Under the pieces are notes generated by a model, which was not told the DNA's origin, did not search any database, and saw nothing but the letters and a program-made list of their open reading frames with translations. From positions 1-64,000 of IMG/VR virus record IMGVR_UViG_3300012006_000002: 64,000 bases of DNA, one strand, 5' to 3'. Made by a program: the position numbers and the translations under genes. This document shows positions 47,508 through 55,726 of this stretch, in pieces. Every line of letters begins with the position of its first letter. Positions within the stretch are counted from its first letter, which is position 1. The stretch comes from a virus.

Positions 47508-48569
47508 ATGACACGATCAATTGGCAAAACTCCAGAAACACGGCTTAATGATGTCCCTCATCCGTCAATCGACGGATTCCCCTTGGAAACAGAGGAAGAA
47601 CACATTCTTGCGCGGGTGCCATTCAGTCCAGATGGGAAAATCAAATTTGAGGATGTTTTTCGGGTTACCAAGGAATTGCAGAAGATCAAGAAGGATTCTC
47701 AATATAGGGTAGAAAAAGCATACTTGGACCTGAGGCATGCTGACGGACCGATTGCAATGGTCTATTCGTCCGACTGGCATCTTGGTTCTCTAGGCTGCGA
47801 TTATGACAGCATGCAGCGAGACCTTGATTTTCTTCTTTCCACCGCCAACATCGGGCTTGCTACCGTTGGTGATTTGAAAGATAATTTTGCCTCATTCCAT
47901 AATGTTGCTGCTATTCATGGTCAAGGATTTGCCGGAGATTTGCAAAATCTTGTTCTTGAAGATATTTCCACCAGACTTGTCCAAGCAAATAAATTATGGA
48001 TTATTACTTGGGATAATCATTCCGTAGAATTTGATGAAAAAGTCATTGGATATGAAGCAGCTAATTATATCTGGCGAAATGGAGTTCGACTTAACAAGAC
48101 AATTGCCCTTGAGGGAGAAGGTTTTGTAGAACTTCATATTGGCGAAACGTTTTATACGCATATTATTGTGCATCAATCTCGATCACATAGCAGCGTTCAC
48201 AAACTTGCTGGAAACAAGCGAATCTATCAGACGAGATTCCCGGCTCATGTGATTGCAACAGGGCATACACATAGCCCAGATTATGAACAATATACGCACT
48301 ACGAACTGGGACAATCTTTGGGATACGGTTTTGGCGGTCGATCCTATCTTGTAAAAACCGGAACATATAAAACAAACGATACCTATAGCCAACGATATTT
48401 TGGTCAGCCAAGCATAGGCACTCCAACAATTGTGTATTTTCCAATGCCAAAAAACATGCACAAGCATATATGTTTTCCAAGCGCAGAGGATGCTGTTCGT
48501 TACATGAACGGTCCTGCGTTCATGCATGACTTTTCCGAAACAACAAGGCGGTCTGTGCATCCCACGTAA
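47508..48569 (+). CDS. Calcineurin-like metallophosphoesterase
   Basis: SDWHLG, GDLKD, DNH, GHTH motifs; GGAG SD before ATG 47508. Confidence 0.85.
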   Translation: MTRSIGKTPETRLNDVPHPSIDGFPLETEEEHILARVPFSPDGKIKFEDVFRVTKELQKIKKDSQYRVEKAYLDLRHADGPIAMVYSSDWHLGSLGCDYDSMQRDLDFLLSTANIGLATVGDLKDNFASFHNVAAIHGQGFAGDLQNLVLEDISTRLVQANKLWIITWDNHSVEFDEKVIGYEAANYIWRNGVRLNKTIALEGEGFVELHIGETFYTHIIVHQSRSHSSVHKLAGNKRIYQTRFPAHVIATGHTHSPDYEQYTHYELGQSLGYGFGGRSYLVKTGTYKTNDTYSQRYFGQPSIGTPTIVYFPMPKNMHKHICFPSAEDAVRYMNGPAFMHDFSETTRRSVHPT

Positions 48570-48600
48570 ATGCCATACTCTTTTATGAAAGGAAAAGAGT

Positions 48601-49017
48601 ATGATAAAATTGTTTACTTATTTTGCTCAAGCCGGTCTTTCTTTTGGCATTTTTACTCCTGAAGAACAAGCATTTATTTCGTCTATTATTGACGATATTC
48701 TTGCTTTAGTGATGGCGTTAGCTATTGCATCAGTTGCTATTGTTGGACCAATGCTTTTGAGGTCTGTGCAAAAAAAAGTTGAAACTTCTCATCATGCCAG
48801 TCAATGGGAATTATTGGCAACAATAGCAACTTTTGCAGTAAAGTCTGCACAGCAAACCATTGATCATGAAAATAAAACACTTAAATTTGATTACGCATAT
48901 AAAATAGTTGAAACTATGGCTCAAAAAAATGGAATTAAATTCATGACCGAAGAACTTGGAAGAGTGCTTATTGAGTCTGCGGTACACACCATAAAGAAAG
49001 ATACACCAAGTACATAG
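48601..49017 (+). CDS. Holin (LL-H-like)
   Basis: One TM segment, then AVKSAQQ...KFDYA...LIESAVH, typical of the LL-H holin family. Confidence 0.75.
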   Translation: MIKLFTYFAQAGLSFGIFTPEEQAFISSIIDDILALVMALAIASVAIVGPMLLRSVQKKVETSHHASQWELLATIATFAVKSAQQTIDHENKTLKFDYAYKIVETMAQKNGIKFMTEELGRVLIESAVHTIKKDTPST

Positions 49018-49021
49018 CAAT

Positions 49022-49618
49022 ATGGAATATTCGAAACAATCTCAAGTAGAAAAAATACGAAAAGTACACAGAAATCCGGAACAATTACGTAGAATATTGA
49101 AAATTCCTACTCCGACAACTCTTGAAAAAAGTCAGCAATTGAGGTATGAAAAATGCTCCATACCTCAATGCATTTCTTACGGAACGTCAGATCATCCACT
49201 AGACCTACATCACATTATTCCTCGATCTCAATCAATTGCTCATAGGGATGAATTTACAAATCATCTTTATATTTGCGGCGATTTTTTCCCGAAAAATCAT
49301 CATAAGGCAATGCACGGCGAGGCAACTCCGGGGCTGGAAGATCTTCAGAAACTGGGATTTTTCGGATCGTGGGAGGCCAACGCAGACCCAGCACCGACAA
49401 GAAGCCTTGACGAGACTGGTCCGATCCTGCTACAGTTCTCACAGGTGGACTCGATAGCTCGGTCCCTGATTTCAACAAGTGTTGAATATCTTCTTGATTA
49501 CGCTAAGAAGCGTGGTATAATTTCTCCGGATATAACGTTATCGGATAATAACGTTATTTTTCTTAAAAACTATTCCGATACTAACGGAATATCCGGAGTA
49601 GCTAGCTACCGGAAGTAA
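49022..49618 (+). CDS. HNH endonuclease-like protein
   Basis: CSIPQC...LDLHHIIPRSQ...NHLYIC...HHKAMH. Confidence 0.75.
   Translation: MEYSKQSQVEKIRKVHRNPEQLRRILKIPTPTTLEKSQQLRYEKCSIPQCISYGTSDHPLDLHHIIPRSQSIAHRDEFTNHLYICGDFFPKNHHKAMHGEATPGLEDLQKLGFFGSWEANADPAPTRSLDETGPILLQFSQVDSIARSLISTSVEYLLDYAKKRGIISPDITLSDNNVIFLKNYSDTNGISGVASYRK
49494..49521 (+). promoter_or_regulatory. sigma70-type promoter inside the HNH gene
   Basis: TTGATT-16 bp-TATAAT with TG extension; spacer holds the palindrome ACGCT-AAGA-AGCGT. Confidence 0.5.
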
Positions 49619-49707
49619 TTCTTACGGATAGTACCGAATAAAACGGTAATTGTCCGAAGAGAGAATTATTAGGATTTTACGGAATATGAGTACTACTATT
49701 GATCCGG
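49525..49707. other. Palindrome- and CCG/CGG-rich tract; candidate replication origin
   Basis: TCCGGA x2, ATAACGTTAT x2, GTAGCTAGCTAC; CCG/CGG triplets at roughly 10-bp spacing in an AT-rich background. Confidence 0.4.
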
Positions 49708-50210
49708 TAGCAGACTGGATTCAAAAGGAAATTGTTCCTGCCATACAAGAATCAAGTACATTGTTGTATGAGTTCAGCAGATTGGAATTAAGAGATATTG
49801 TTCAGTCACACGAAATGTTGTGGAAACTGATCACTCTGAACCATAGATTGGGGTTATTGTATGCAGATTGCATTGAACTCAAAAGCGAATTTGAGACACA
49901 GTGCAACGAGGTGCAGTCACAGGTATTGTTGATGCTTGGAGCGCGTTCCGAGTATCGTCTTACCGCGGAAGCTGCTCGATCAGCGGGAGAATTGGCAAGC
50001 AGCAACATCTCGGCATTAACTGCCCTGTATCCCAATGTTGCAAAAATGCTCTCTTCAATTATTCCCGGCGAAGAGCCTAGACGAAAATTGAACAAACTTT
50101 CCGCAATGGTGGATAAGTTGAAGTCAATTCAGAGGGATGTTCAAGAGTCCATAAATGGAATCAAGCATCTCGGAAACAGAGACCTGCAGCATGCTGTACA
50201 TGGTCTCTAG
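49686..50210 (+). CDS. Helical/coiled-coil hypothetical protein
   Basis: All-alpha pattern; loosely reminiscent of UvsY-like mediators (unverified). Confidence 0.6.
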   Translation: MSTTIDPVADWIQKEIVPAIQESSTLLYEFSRLELRDIVQSHEMLWKLITLNHRLGLLYADCIELKSEFETQCNEVQSQVLLMLGARSEYRLTAEAARSAGELASSNISALTALYPNVAKMLSSIIPGEEPRRKLNKLSAMVDKLKSIQRDVQESINGIKHLGNRDLQHAVHGL

Positions 50211-50231
50211 TAATTTATTACTGGAGTTAAT

Positions 50232-50747
50232 ATGCCTTCATTCAAAGAACTCTACGAGCCTGTTGCAAGATTGGCTGCAAGAGAGAACAACATCAACGAG
50301 AATATTTTTTGTGGTTTGATTACCATAGAAAGTAAATGGAACCCAAATGCAGTCAACCCGGACTCTGGTGCTGCAGGTATTGCTCAGATCATGAGGATCT
50401 GGCATCCCGGAGTGAATGTTTTCAATCCTATTGAATCCTTGTACTATTCAGCAAAATTAATACGATCATATTTGAATGTATTCAATGGTGATTACGACTG
50501 GGCATTGGCGGCGTATCACATGGGAATCTCTACGGTAACATCCATGCATACTACATCGGGACAGTTACCATTTTACGAGTTACGTAATTACGTCTATCCT
50601 GTGAATCAATTAGCAATGGAATGCGTCATTCATCAGCCAGTATCAACGCTTATCCCCTCAGTGATGCCTAGCGTTACTCCTGAGGCGTCCTTGCTTGATC
50701 CCCTGTATCTTCTTCTTCCATTGTTGTTTGCCTTGCTTAAACAATAG
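50232..50747 (+). CDS. Lytic transglycosylase (SLT) with C-terminal hydrophobic tail
   Basis: ESKWNPNAV...GAAGIAQIM...ALAAYHMG; ends LLDPLYLLLPLLFALLKQ; GGAG SD. Confidence 0.85.
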   Translation: MPSFKELYEPVARLAARENNINENIFCGLITIESKWNPNAVNPDSGAAGIAQIMRIWHPGVNVFNPIESLYYSAKLIRSYLNVFNGDYDWALAAYHMGISTVTSMHTTSGQLPFYELRNYVYPVNQLAMECVIHQPVSTLIPSVMPSVTPEASLLDPLYLLLPLLFALLKQ

Positions 50748-50749
50748 AT

Positions 50750-51010
50750 TTATCCTCTCGGCGCAATTTCTCGCGAAAGAGGGGTTGCGTCGGTTGATCT
50801 GGTATCGGTCGAGCTTTCAGAAGCTGCATTTTTTGCCCGGAGACTTGTGCTGTAGAATGTTCCCGTAGCCGCACCGACGACACCAGTAAGGACCGGGATA
50901 GCTCCGGGATTTTCTACTACTACGGCAAGATAAATAATTGCCAATATGGACAAAAACCCAATAACAACACCAGCGTACTCAAAAATTGTCGGCGGCTCTT
51001 GAAGTTTCAT
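50750..51010 (-). CDS. Small two-TM membrane protein
   Basis: AGGAG SD before ATG at 51010 on the minus strand; two hydrophobic segments. Confidence 0.7.
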   Translation of the reverse strand: MKLQEPPTIFEYAGVVIGFLSILAIIYLAVVVENPGAIPVLTGVVGAATGTFYSTSLRAKNAASESSTDTRSTDATPLSREIAPRG

Positions 51011-51065
51011 TATGTTACTCCTCATTTATAGTATATAATTATACTTAATAAATACAGTGCCTTTT

Positions 51066-51152
51066 GCTGGGATGATGAAATCGGTAGACATACCTGACTT
51101 AAAATCAGGAGGCGGACATTCCGTCGTGCGGGTTCGAGTCCCGCTCCCAGCA
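51066..51152 (+). tRNA. trnL: tRNA-Leu (anticodon UAA)
   Basis: Acceptor GCTGGGA/TCCCAGC, discriminator A; anticodon arm CCTGA-CT-TAA-AA-TCAGG; long variable arm; T arm GCGGG-TTCGAGT-CCCGC; CCA incomplete (CCT). Confidence 0.97.
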
Positions 51153-51154
51153 CC

Positions 51155-51183
51155 TTGCTAGAGTTGATTCCGTCTGCTATACT
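51155..51183 (+). promoter_or_regulatory. sigma70-type promoter with degenerate operator
   Basis: TTGCTA-17 bp-TATACT, TG extension; spacer contains GTTGATTCCGTC. Confidence 0.65.
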
Positions 51184-51200
51184 GTAGGCAGGAGGACACG

Positions 51201-51515
51201 ATGAATAATTGGCGCGAAAATGATGAACGAGTCATCACAGCCAAGGATACTCAAGACGCACTTCGCATCATTGCGCTTGCGCAGCGTGGGCATGGTTTGA
51301 CGAGGTTCAGGATTATTGATGAACCCGGCTCCGGCCCTCTGGTTGACGAAATCAACAAGTGTGCCGCAGGATGGGGTGTCGGATACGACACGCTAGAGAA
51401 GTATCGCCAGTTCCTGAACAAATCCCGCCCCGGCCACGGGCTTCGCATTACCATTGATCCGATGTGTTACCGGCGAGGCGCAGACTTGATCCGCTCTCTG
51501 AAGGGGTTCATCTAG
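51201..51515 (+). CDS. Hypothetical protein
   Basis: AGGAGG SD, own promoter. Confidence 0.75.
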   Translation: MNNWRENDERVITAKDTQDALRIIALAQRGHGLTRFRIIDEPGSGPLVDEINKCAAGWGVGYDTLEKYRQFLNKSRPGHGLRITIDPMCYRRGADLIRSLKGFI

Positions 51516-51522
51516 ATCGGGC

Positions 51523-51551
51523 TTGACAAGCGTTCCCGCTTGGCTTATAGT
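51523..51551 (+). promoter_or_regulatory. Near-consensus sigma70 promoter driving a non-coding unit
   Basis: TTGACA-17 bp-TATAGT; contains CAAGCG-TTCC-CGCTTG palindrome. Confidence 0.8.
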
Positions 51552-51556
51552 TGAGA

Positions 51557-51705
51557 TGTCGCGTCGGCATCCCCCTTGCTAACCAGTTGCCTTACTGGGG
51601 ACGCGACAAGGCAGCGCAGATACAGAGCCTGTAGTTCTGTAGATTCGTTGTCTACCCGCCTGAATCCCCTTCGGTTTGGAACAAGACCGAAGGGGATTTT
51701 GCTTT
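51557..51705 (+). ncRNA. Candidate structured small RNA (~150 nt) of unknown family
   Basis: Bounded by promoter and terminator; 9-bp P1 closing a three-way junction, second long hairpin, possible pseudoknot; no convincing SD/ORF. Confidence 0.65.
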
Positions 51706-51706
51706 C
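51663..51706 (+). terminator. Intrinsic terminator
   Basis: AATCCCCTTCGGTTT-loop-AGACCGAAGGGGATT followed by TTGCTTTC. Confidence 0.85.
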
Positions 51707-51739
51707 AGTTTCTGACAATTTCCCAGTATTCGCTCGATG

Positions 51740-51768
51740 TTGACGAAACCGTCTGCATTGTGTATACT
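51740..51768 (+). promoter_or_regulatory. sigma70 promoter with GACGAAACCGTC operator
   Basis: TTGACG-17 bp-TATACT; operator 51742-51753 overlaps -35. Confidence 0.8.
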
Positions 51769-51819
51769 TGATGCAGGTGGCCCGCCCAAGCCGGAGTCGC
51801 CAGAAAGAAGGAAGGCACG

Positions 51820-52371
51820 ATGCCCTGCCACGACATTCTTATTGAAACAGCAATCAAGCAAGTGACCAATGAACAGATCAGCGAGACTGTTCCGATGTGG
51901 GACATGATGGCATCTGTCCTTACCATTGATGTTCCCAATGATTTTGGCGCTCGTCCAAATTACGAAAACAATTTGGTTCTTTATCGAATGGCCGGAGGGT
52001 CACTAGATGCAGAACTTGTGCAGCGATACCAGCAGTCCTACGTTGCGCGACAGATCTTTGCCGCACTGGAAGCAGACGGCTACGAAATGCACGCCTACGT
52101 CTCTCCTGATCATGAGGGAACTTGGGTCATTAACGCCAGAGATGTGACTCGAAACGCAACCATCGGCGTTGTTGTCTACAAGACTCTTGAATTTGAGATT
52201 GATTTTCTCGATGTACTTCATGATGATTCTGTCTGGCTCGTGGGCGGTGAATTTGGTCGAGTCATAGAGAAAGTCCAAGCAATGGGACTTGCGACAGAAG
52301 TTGTTAAAATGGACATTGACAACAACGCAAAAGCAATATATTCACAAGAATCAAACGCTTTGTATTCATAA
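51820..52371 (+). CDS. DUF1257(Ycf35)/DUF2997-like protein, putative AAA+ ATPase partner
   Basis: MPCH..IETAI start, LVQRYQQSYVARQIFAALEADGY helix, Y.QE-type ending; near a Ycf46-like ATPase; family call from memory. Confidence 0.5.
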   Translation: MPCHDILIETAIKQVTNEQISETVPMWDMMASVLTIDVPNDFGARPNYENNLVLYRMAGGSLDAELVQRYQQSYVARQIFAALEADGYEMHAYVSPDHEGTWVINARDVTRNATIGVVVYKTLEFEIDFLDVLHDDSVWLVGGEFGRVIEKVQAMGLATEVVKMDIDNNAKAIYSQESNALYS

Positions 52372-52389
52372 AATAGAAGGTAAAATAAA

Positions 52390-53325
52390 ATGGACGCCAA
52401 ACACAAAGAACGCGCACTCATTGTTTCGGATATTCACAGTAACGCACATGCATTGCGCGCAGTTATTGATGATGCAACCAAGGCATTAAAGGGAAGGAAA
52501 AATTTTCACGCATCAGGGCTTCCGTTTCACGAAATCTGGTGCGTTGGCGATCTTGTTGGCTACGGACCTGAGCCGAACGAAGTCATTGACATGCTGCGCA
52601 AATTTCAAAAAGAAGGCATTGCTGTTCACGCGGTAAAGGGAAACCACGATACTGCTGTCGCTGGAATAACAAATGCAAGAGATCACATGCACACGGCAGC
52701 AGCTCAGTGTGCAGAACATAATGCCTCAATCATAACTCCAGAAAATCAGCGTTGGCTTGCAAGTCTTCCAGATACTGCTCAAGTTGGCCCAAAGATCGAA
52801 AATCCTGCTGGATTAACTGGAAGCCGAAGCATGTTCACGCTTGCTCACGGAACTCCAGACAGTCCGCAGGGAACGTATGCAGATTCATATGAATCCGCGC
52901 TTTACGGATTAGATCATCTTGATGCGGATCATGAACACACTCCGTATACTCCTCATGTCATTGTTGGTCATACGCATGATCCGAGGGCTTTTCAGTTTGA
53001 TCCGGATCATATCGTCGAACACCCTGCCGAAGATGGATCATTTCCATTCCTTGGTCCTGCAGCAAATGATTATTCCTTGTTGCACAATGACAAATTGCAC
53101 ATCTTGAATAATCAAGGAAACGGCCGATTCGTGATCAATCCCGGCAGTGTCGGGCAGCCTCGCGATCACGACCCGCGTGCATCCTACGGAATTGCTGAAG
53201 TAACTGCTTCGGGTATTCGCATCATGCACCGCAGGACTCCTTACGATGTTCCGTCCGTTCAAAAGAAGATGAAAGCCGAGGGTCTGCCCGCCTCGATGTA
53301 CCAACGTCTTTCCCTTGGGCGCTAA
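52390..53325 (+). CDS. Metallophosphoesterase (YfcE-like phosphodiesterase)
   Basis: SDIHSN, GDLVGYGP, GNHD, HGTP, GHTH, NPGSVGQPRD.DPRASY. Confidence 0.92.
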   Translation: MDAKHKERALIVSDIHSNAHALRAVIDDATKALKGRKNFHASGLPFHEIWCVGDLVGYGPEPNEVIDMLRKFQKEGIAVHAVKGNHDTAVAGITNARDHMHTAAAQCAEHNASIITPENQRWLASLPDTAQVGPKIENPAGLTGSRSMFTLAHGTPDSPQGTYADSYESALYGLDHLDADHEHTPYTPHVIVGHTHDPRAFQFDPDHIVEHPAEDGSFPFLGPAANDYSLLHNDKLHILNNQGNGRFVINPGSVGQPRDHDPRASYGIAEVTASGIRIMHRRTPYDVPSVQKKMKAEGLPASMYQRLSLGR

Positions 53326-53338
53326 ATATCTTTTCCCC

Positions 53339-53367
53339 TTGACATAGACGAACCCGTCGTATACACT
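53339..53367 (+). promoter_or_regulatory. sigma70 promoter with GACGAACCCGTC operator
   Basis: TTGACA-17 bp-TACACT; operator 53347-53358 in spacer. Confidence 0.85.
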
Positions 53368-53417
53368 TGTTCTAGGCGGGAATCCCGCCCAAGGACTCTC
53401 CGAAAGGAACTACTCTT

Positions 53418-55346
53418 ATGGCCAGTACCGAAATTGCTCCCAGCCCCGAGTGGGCAAAGACCGTCGTCAAGAAGTACCTCACTGGAGAAGGCCATGCCTA
53501 CCTTCTCTATGGGCCGGGAATTCATGACATCAGCGCCTTGTCCTACGACCTGCACGCCAATCTGTATCACACGTTTGGCAACAAGGCGACGCCCAACAAG
53601 CCCGTGCAACTTGACTTCGATATCGTTGTTCGTTACGACCGCGTTGCTGGGTTCCGGTTCATTGGAACGGAAAAGAAGCGCAGCGATGATCGTGAGCGAT
53701 TCAAGGCAATCGTCGAGAAGATTCGTGCCAACGCTCCGGCTGGCGCAGCAAACGCAGCAGGAATTCGCGGAGGAATGTCTAGCGGAATTTCTTCCGCTCC
53801 AAAGTCGGATATCTTGGAACAATCCAAGAATCCTGCACTCGCCATTCCGCTATTGACTGACGCGCTTTCTCAAAGCGAAGTGCGACTGTGCGTTATTCTG
53901 GATGAGTTCCAGAGTATTTGTCCTCGTGGCGATTGGGACAAGATTGGCGAAATGTTCACCAATTGCATTATTGCCGCAAGATCATGGGGTCTGGACTTTG
54001 ACAACATAGGTGGTCATGGTCGTAAATGGACCAAGGGTGGGGCTGGGCACATTATTATCGGTATAACCGATGATAAGTCGGAAATCAATGCCGCCCTCTC
54101 AAAGGGACGTAGCATTTCTGGCTGGATTCCGATCAATGTCGGCTTTCCTTCTCCAGTAGAGCGCGAATACTATATCTCTGAGAGGGTCATGACCCCGGCA
54201 TACCTTGAACAGGTCGAGATTGACTTTGGCGACAATGTTGCCGAAGAAGACCGGGCAAAGTGGCTGGCAAGTGCAACTGGCGGACTGAGTATTCGCGCTA
54301 TCGAAGACATGCGCCTTGCTGGCGACCGTCACCGCATGCTTACTCGTGACATGGTTCAGAAGATTATCAATGAAACCATTTCCGAACAGTTTGCTGGTCA
54401 GGGCGGATCCGAGTACCTGACGGTCATCAATCCCACAAAGGGTCTTCGCGACTATGGGTTTCCGGCGTATCTGATTGAATACATGGAATGGTTTATCAGG
54501 CAATTCCGTGCTGGCAAACTCAGGAACGCAAACATCCTTGAGGCTGGCCCTCCCGGCACCGGAAAGAGCATCCTTGCGTATGCCTTGGCCTACGAACTTG
54601 GATACAAGTGCGTTCACTGGAGTCCTGCCCTCACTCAGAGCAAGTGGGTAGGGGATTCGGAGAAGCAGACGCAGCAGGTGTTGGACTGGGTTGAAGCCAA
54701 CCTTCCTTGCATGGTTTTCATTGACGAAATCGACGTTGCGCTTACCTCGCGCGATGGCGGCGTTGGTGATAGCTCCGGGGTTGGATCAAAGATGCTTAGC
54801 ATCTTGATGCCTTGGCTGGAGCGGGACGAAATCAAGGGCAAACTTCTTCTTGTTGGCGCAACAAACCGTGCTGATAACATTGATGCAGCAATGAGGCGTC
54901 GCCTGCAGACAGTTCTTCCTATTCTTCCTCCAATGACACCAGAAGATCGTCGAGCGGTATTGGAGAATGTTCTTATCCGCGAGCAGGGCATAGATCGCAA
55001 TTTGATCGAAATCCCAGAAGAAGTTGTTGCAGACGGTGCTACAAAGTGGTACACACAAGCCAACTTGTCTATTCTTGCTGAGAAGGCAGCGTCTATTGCC
55101 TCACGGAAAGGCGATGAGTTTTCATCACGAGTCGGACATTTTCTCCAACTGGCTTCCGCTTCATACCGTGTTGATACAACGCGCACGGAAGCACTCTCCT
55201 ATCTTGCTGCTTCTCAGTCATCTGATACCGACCTTCTTCCTCCGGGCTTTCAAGTGAAGCAGGAGCGGGAAGTCAAGAAAATCTTGCGAGAGATTGAGGC
55301 AGATGATGACGATGAGGTCGGGCCTAGCGAACGGGGAGTTCGCTAG
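53418..55346 (+). CDS. Double-domain AAA+ ATPase (Ycf46/CDC48-like, first domain degenerate)
   Basis: D2 has GPPGTGKS, VFIDEID, GATNRADNIDAAMRRR; D1 retains only YLLYGPGIHD and CVILDEF. Confidence 0.92.
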   Translation: MASTEIAPSPEWAKTVVKKYLTGEGHAYLLYGPGIHDISALSYDLHANLYHTFGNKATPNKPVQLDFDIVVRYDRVAGFRFIGTEKKRSDDRERFKAIVEKIRANAPAGAANAAGIRGGMSSGISSAPKSDILEQSKNPALAIPLLTDALSQSEVRLCVILDEFQSICPRGDWDKIGEMFTNCIIAARSWGLDFDNIGGHGRKWTKGGAGHIIIGITDDKSEINAALSKGRSISGWIPINVGFPSPVEREYYISERVMTPAYLEQVEIDFGDNVAEEDRAKWLASATGGLSIRAIEDMRLAGDRHRMLTRDMVQKIINETISEQFAGQGGSEYLTVINPTKGLRDYGFPAYLIEYMEWFIRQFRAGKLRNANILEAGPPGTGKSILAYALAYELGYKCVHWSPALTQSKWVGDSEKQTQQVLDWVEANLPCMVFIDEIDVALTSRDGGVGDSSGVGSKMLSILMPWLERDEIKGKLLLVGATNRADNIDAAMRRRLQTVLPILPPMTPEDRRAVLENVLIREQGIDRNLIEIPEEVVADGATKWYTQANLSILAEKAASIASRKGDEFSSRVGHFLQLASASYRVDTTRTEALSYLAASQSSDTDLLPPGFQVKQEREVKKILREIEADDDDEVGPSERGVR

Positions 55347-55349
55347 GCC
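55321..55349. repeat. Perfect 12-bp inverted repeat spanning the AAA stop codon
   Basis: GGCCTAGCGAAC-GGGGA-GTTCGCTAGGCC, no U tract. Confidence 0.85.
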
Positions 55350-55372
55350 ACACTGCCCCGAAAGGAATTATC

Positions 55373-55696
55373 ATGAGTACTTTTAAAAACAACACGTCGC
55401 TGCCAATATTCAGAGATCCAAAATTTCAAGATATGTTAGTCAAACAATTTGAATACTCTATGAAATCAAATATAGAAGAATTATTCAATGCAATTGAAGA
55501 AATGATGAATCTAGATCATATGAAAAATCCAAAGTATACATCTGATGTGTATGACAAAATAGCAAAAGCAACACATAATCTCAGATTCCGATTGATTCAT
55601 TCACTTCCTGATTATCAAATTGACGACACTGTCGACCAAATTGTGTCGCAGATCATGGATAGTCTTTCCAATATGCCGACCGAATACCCCCACTGA
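55373..55696 (+). CDS. AT-rich hypothetical protein (moron-like)
   Basis: AAGGA SD; visibly more AT-rich than its neighbours. Confidence 0.7.
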   Translation: MSTFKNNTSLPIFRDPKFQDMLVKQFEYSMKSNIEELFNAIEEMMNLDHMKNPKYTSDVYDKIAKATHNLRFRLIHSLPDYQIDDTVDQIVSQIMDSLSNMPTEYPH

Positions 55697-55697
55697 C

Positions 55698-55726
55698 TTG
55701 ACACCGACGAATCCGTCTGATAGTAT
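55698..55726 (+). promoter_or_regulatory. sigma70 promoter with GACGAATCCGTC operator
   Basis: TTGACA-17 bp-TAGTAT, TG extension; operator 55706-55717. Confidence 0.85.

Noticed and set aside
51066-51160. tRNA as a prophage attachment site
   Set aside because: No duplicated tRNA 3' end noticed and no integrase; phage genes lie on both sides
51557-51660. HDV-like, hammerhead or other known ribozyme
   Set aside because: A UCC-starting 7-nt loop is present, but no convincing P1, P1.1 or P4, and no CUGANGA/GAAA core
55328-55342. CGAAC-GGGGA-GTTCG as a Gram-positive/Chloroflexi LexA box
   Set aside because: Spacer is 5 bp rather than 4, and the site is part of a longer hairpin outside a promoter
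17613-55346. Bacterial extracellular contractile injection system (tail genes plus AAA ATPase)
   Set aside because: Terminase, primase-helicase, resolvase, tape measure and tRNA indicate a phage; the ATPase lies in a separate, differently regulated block
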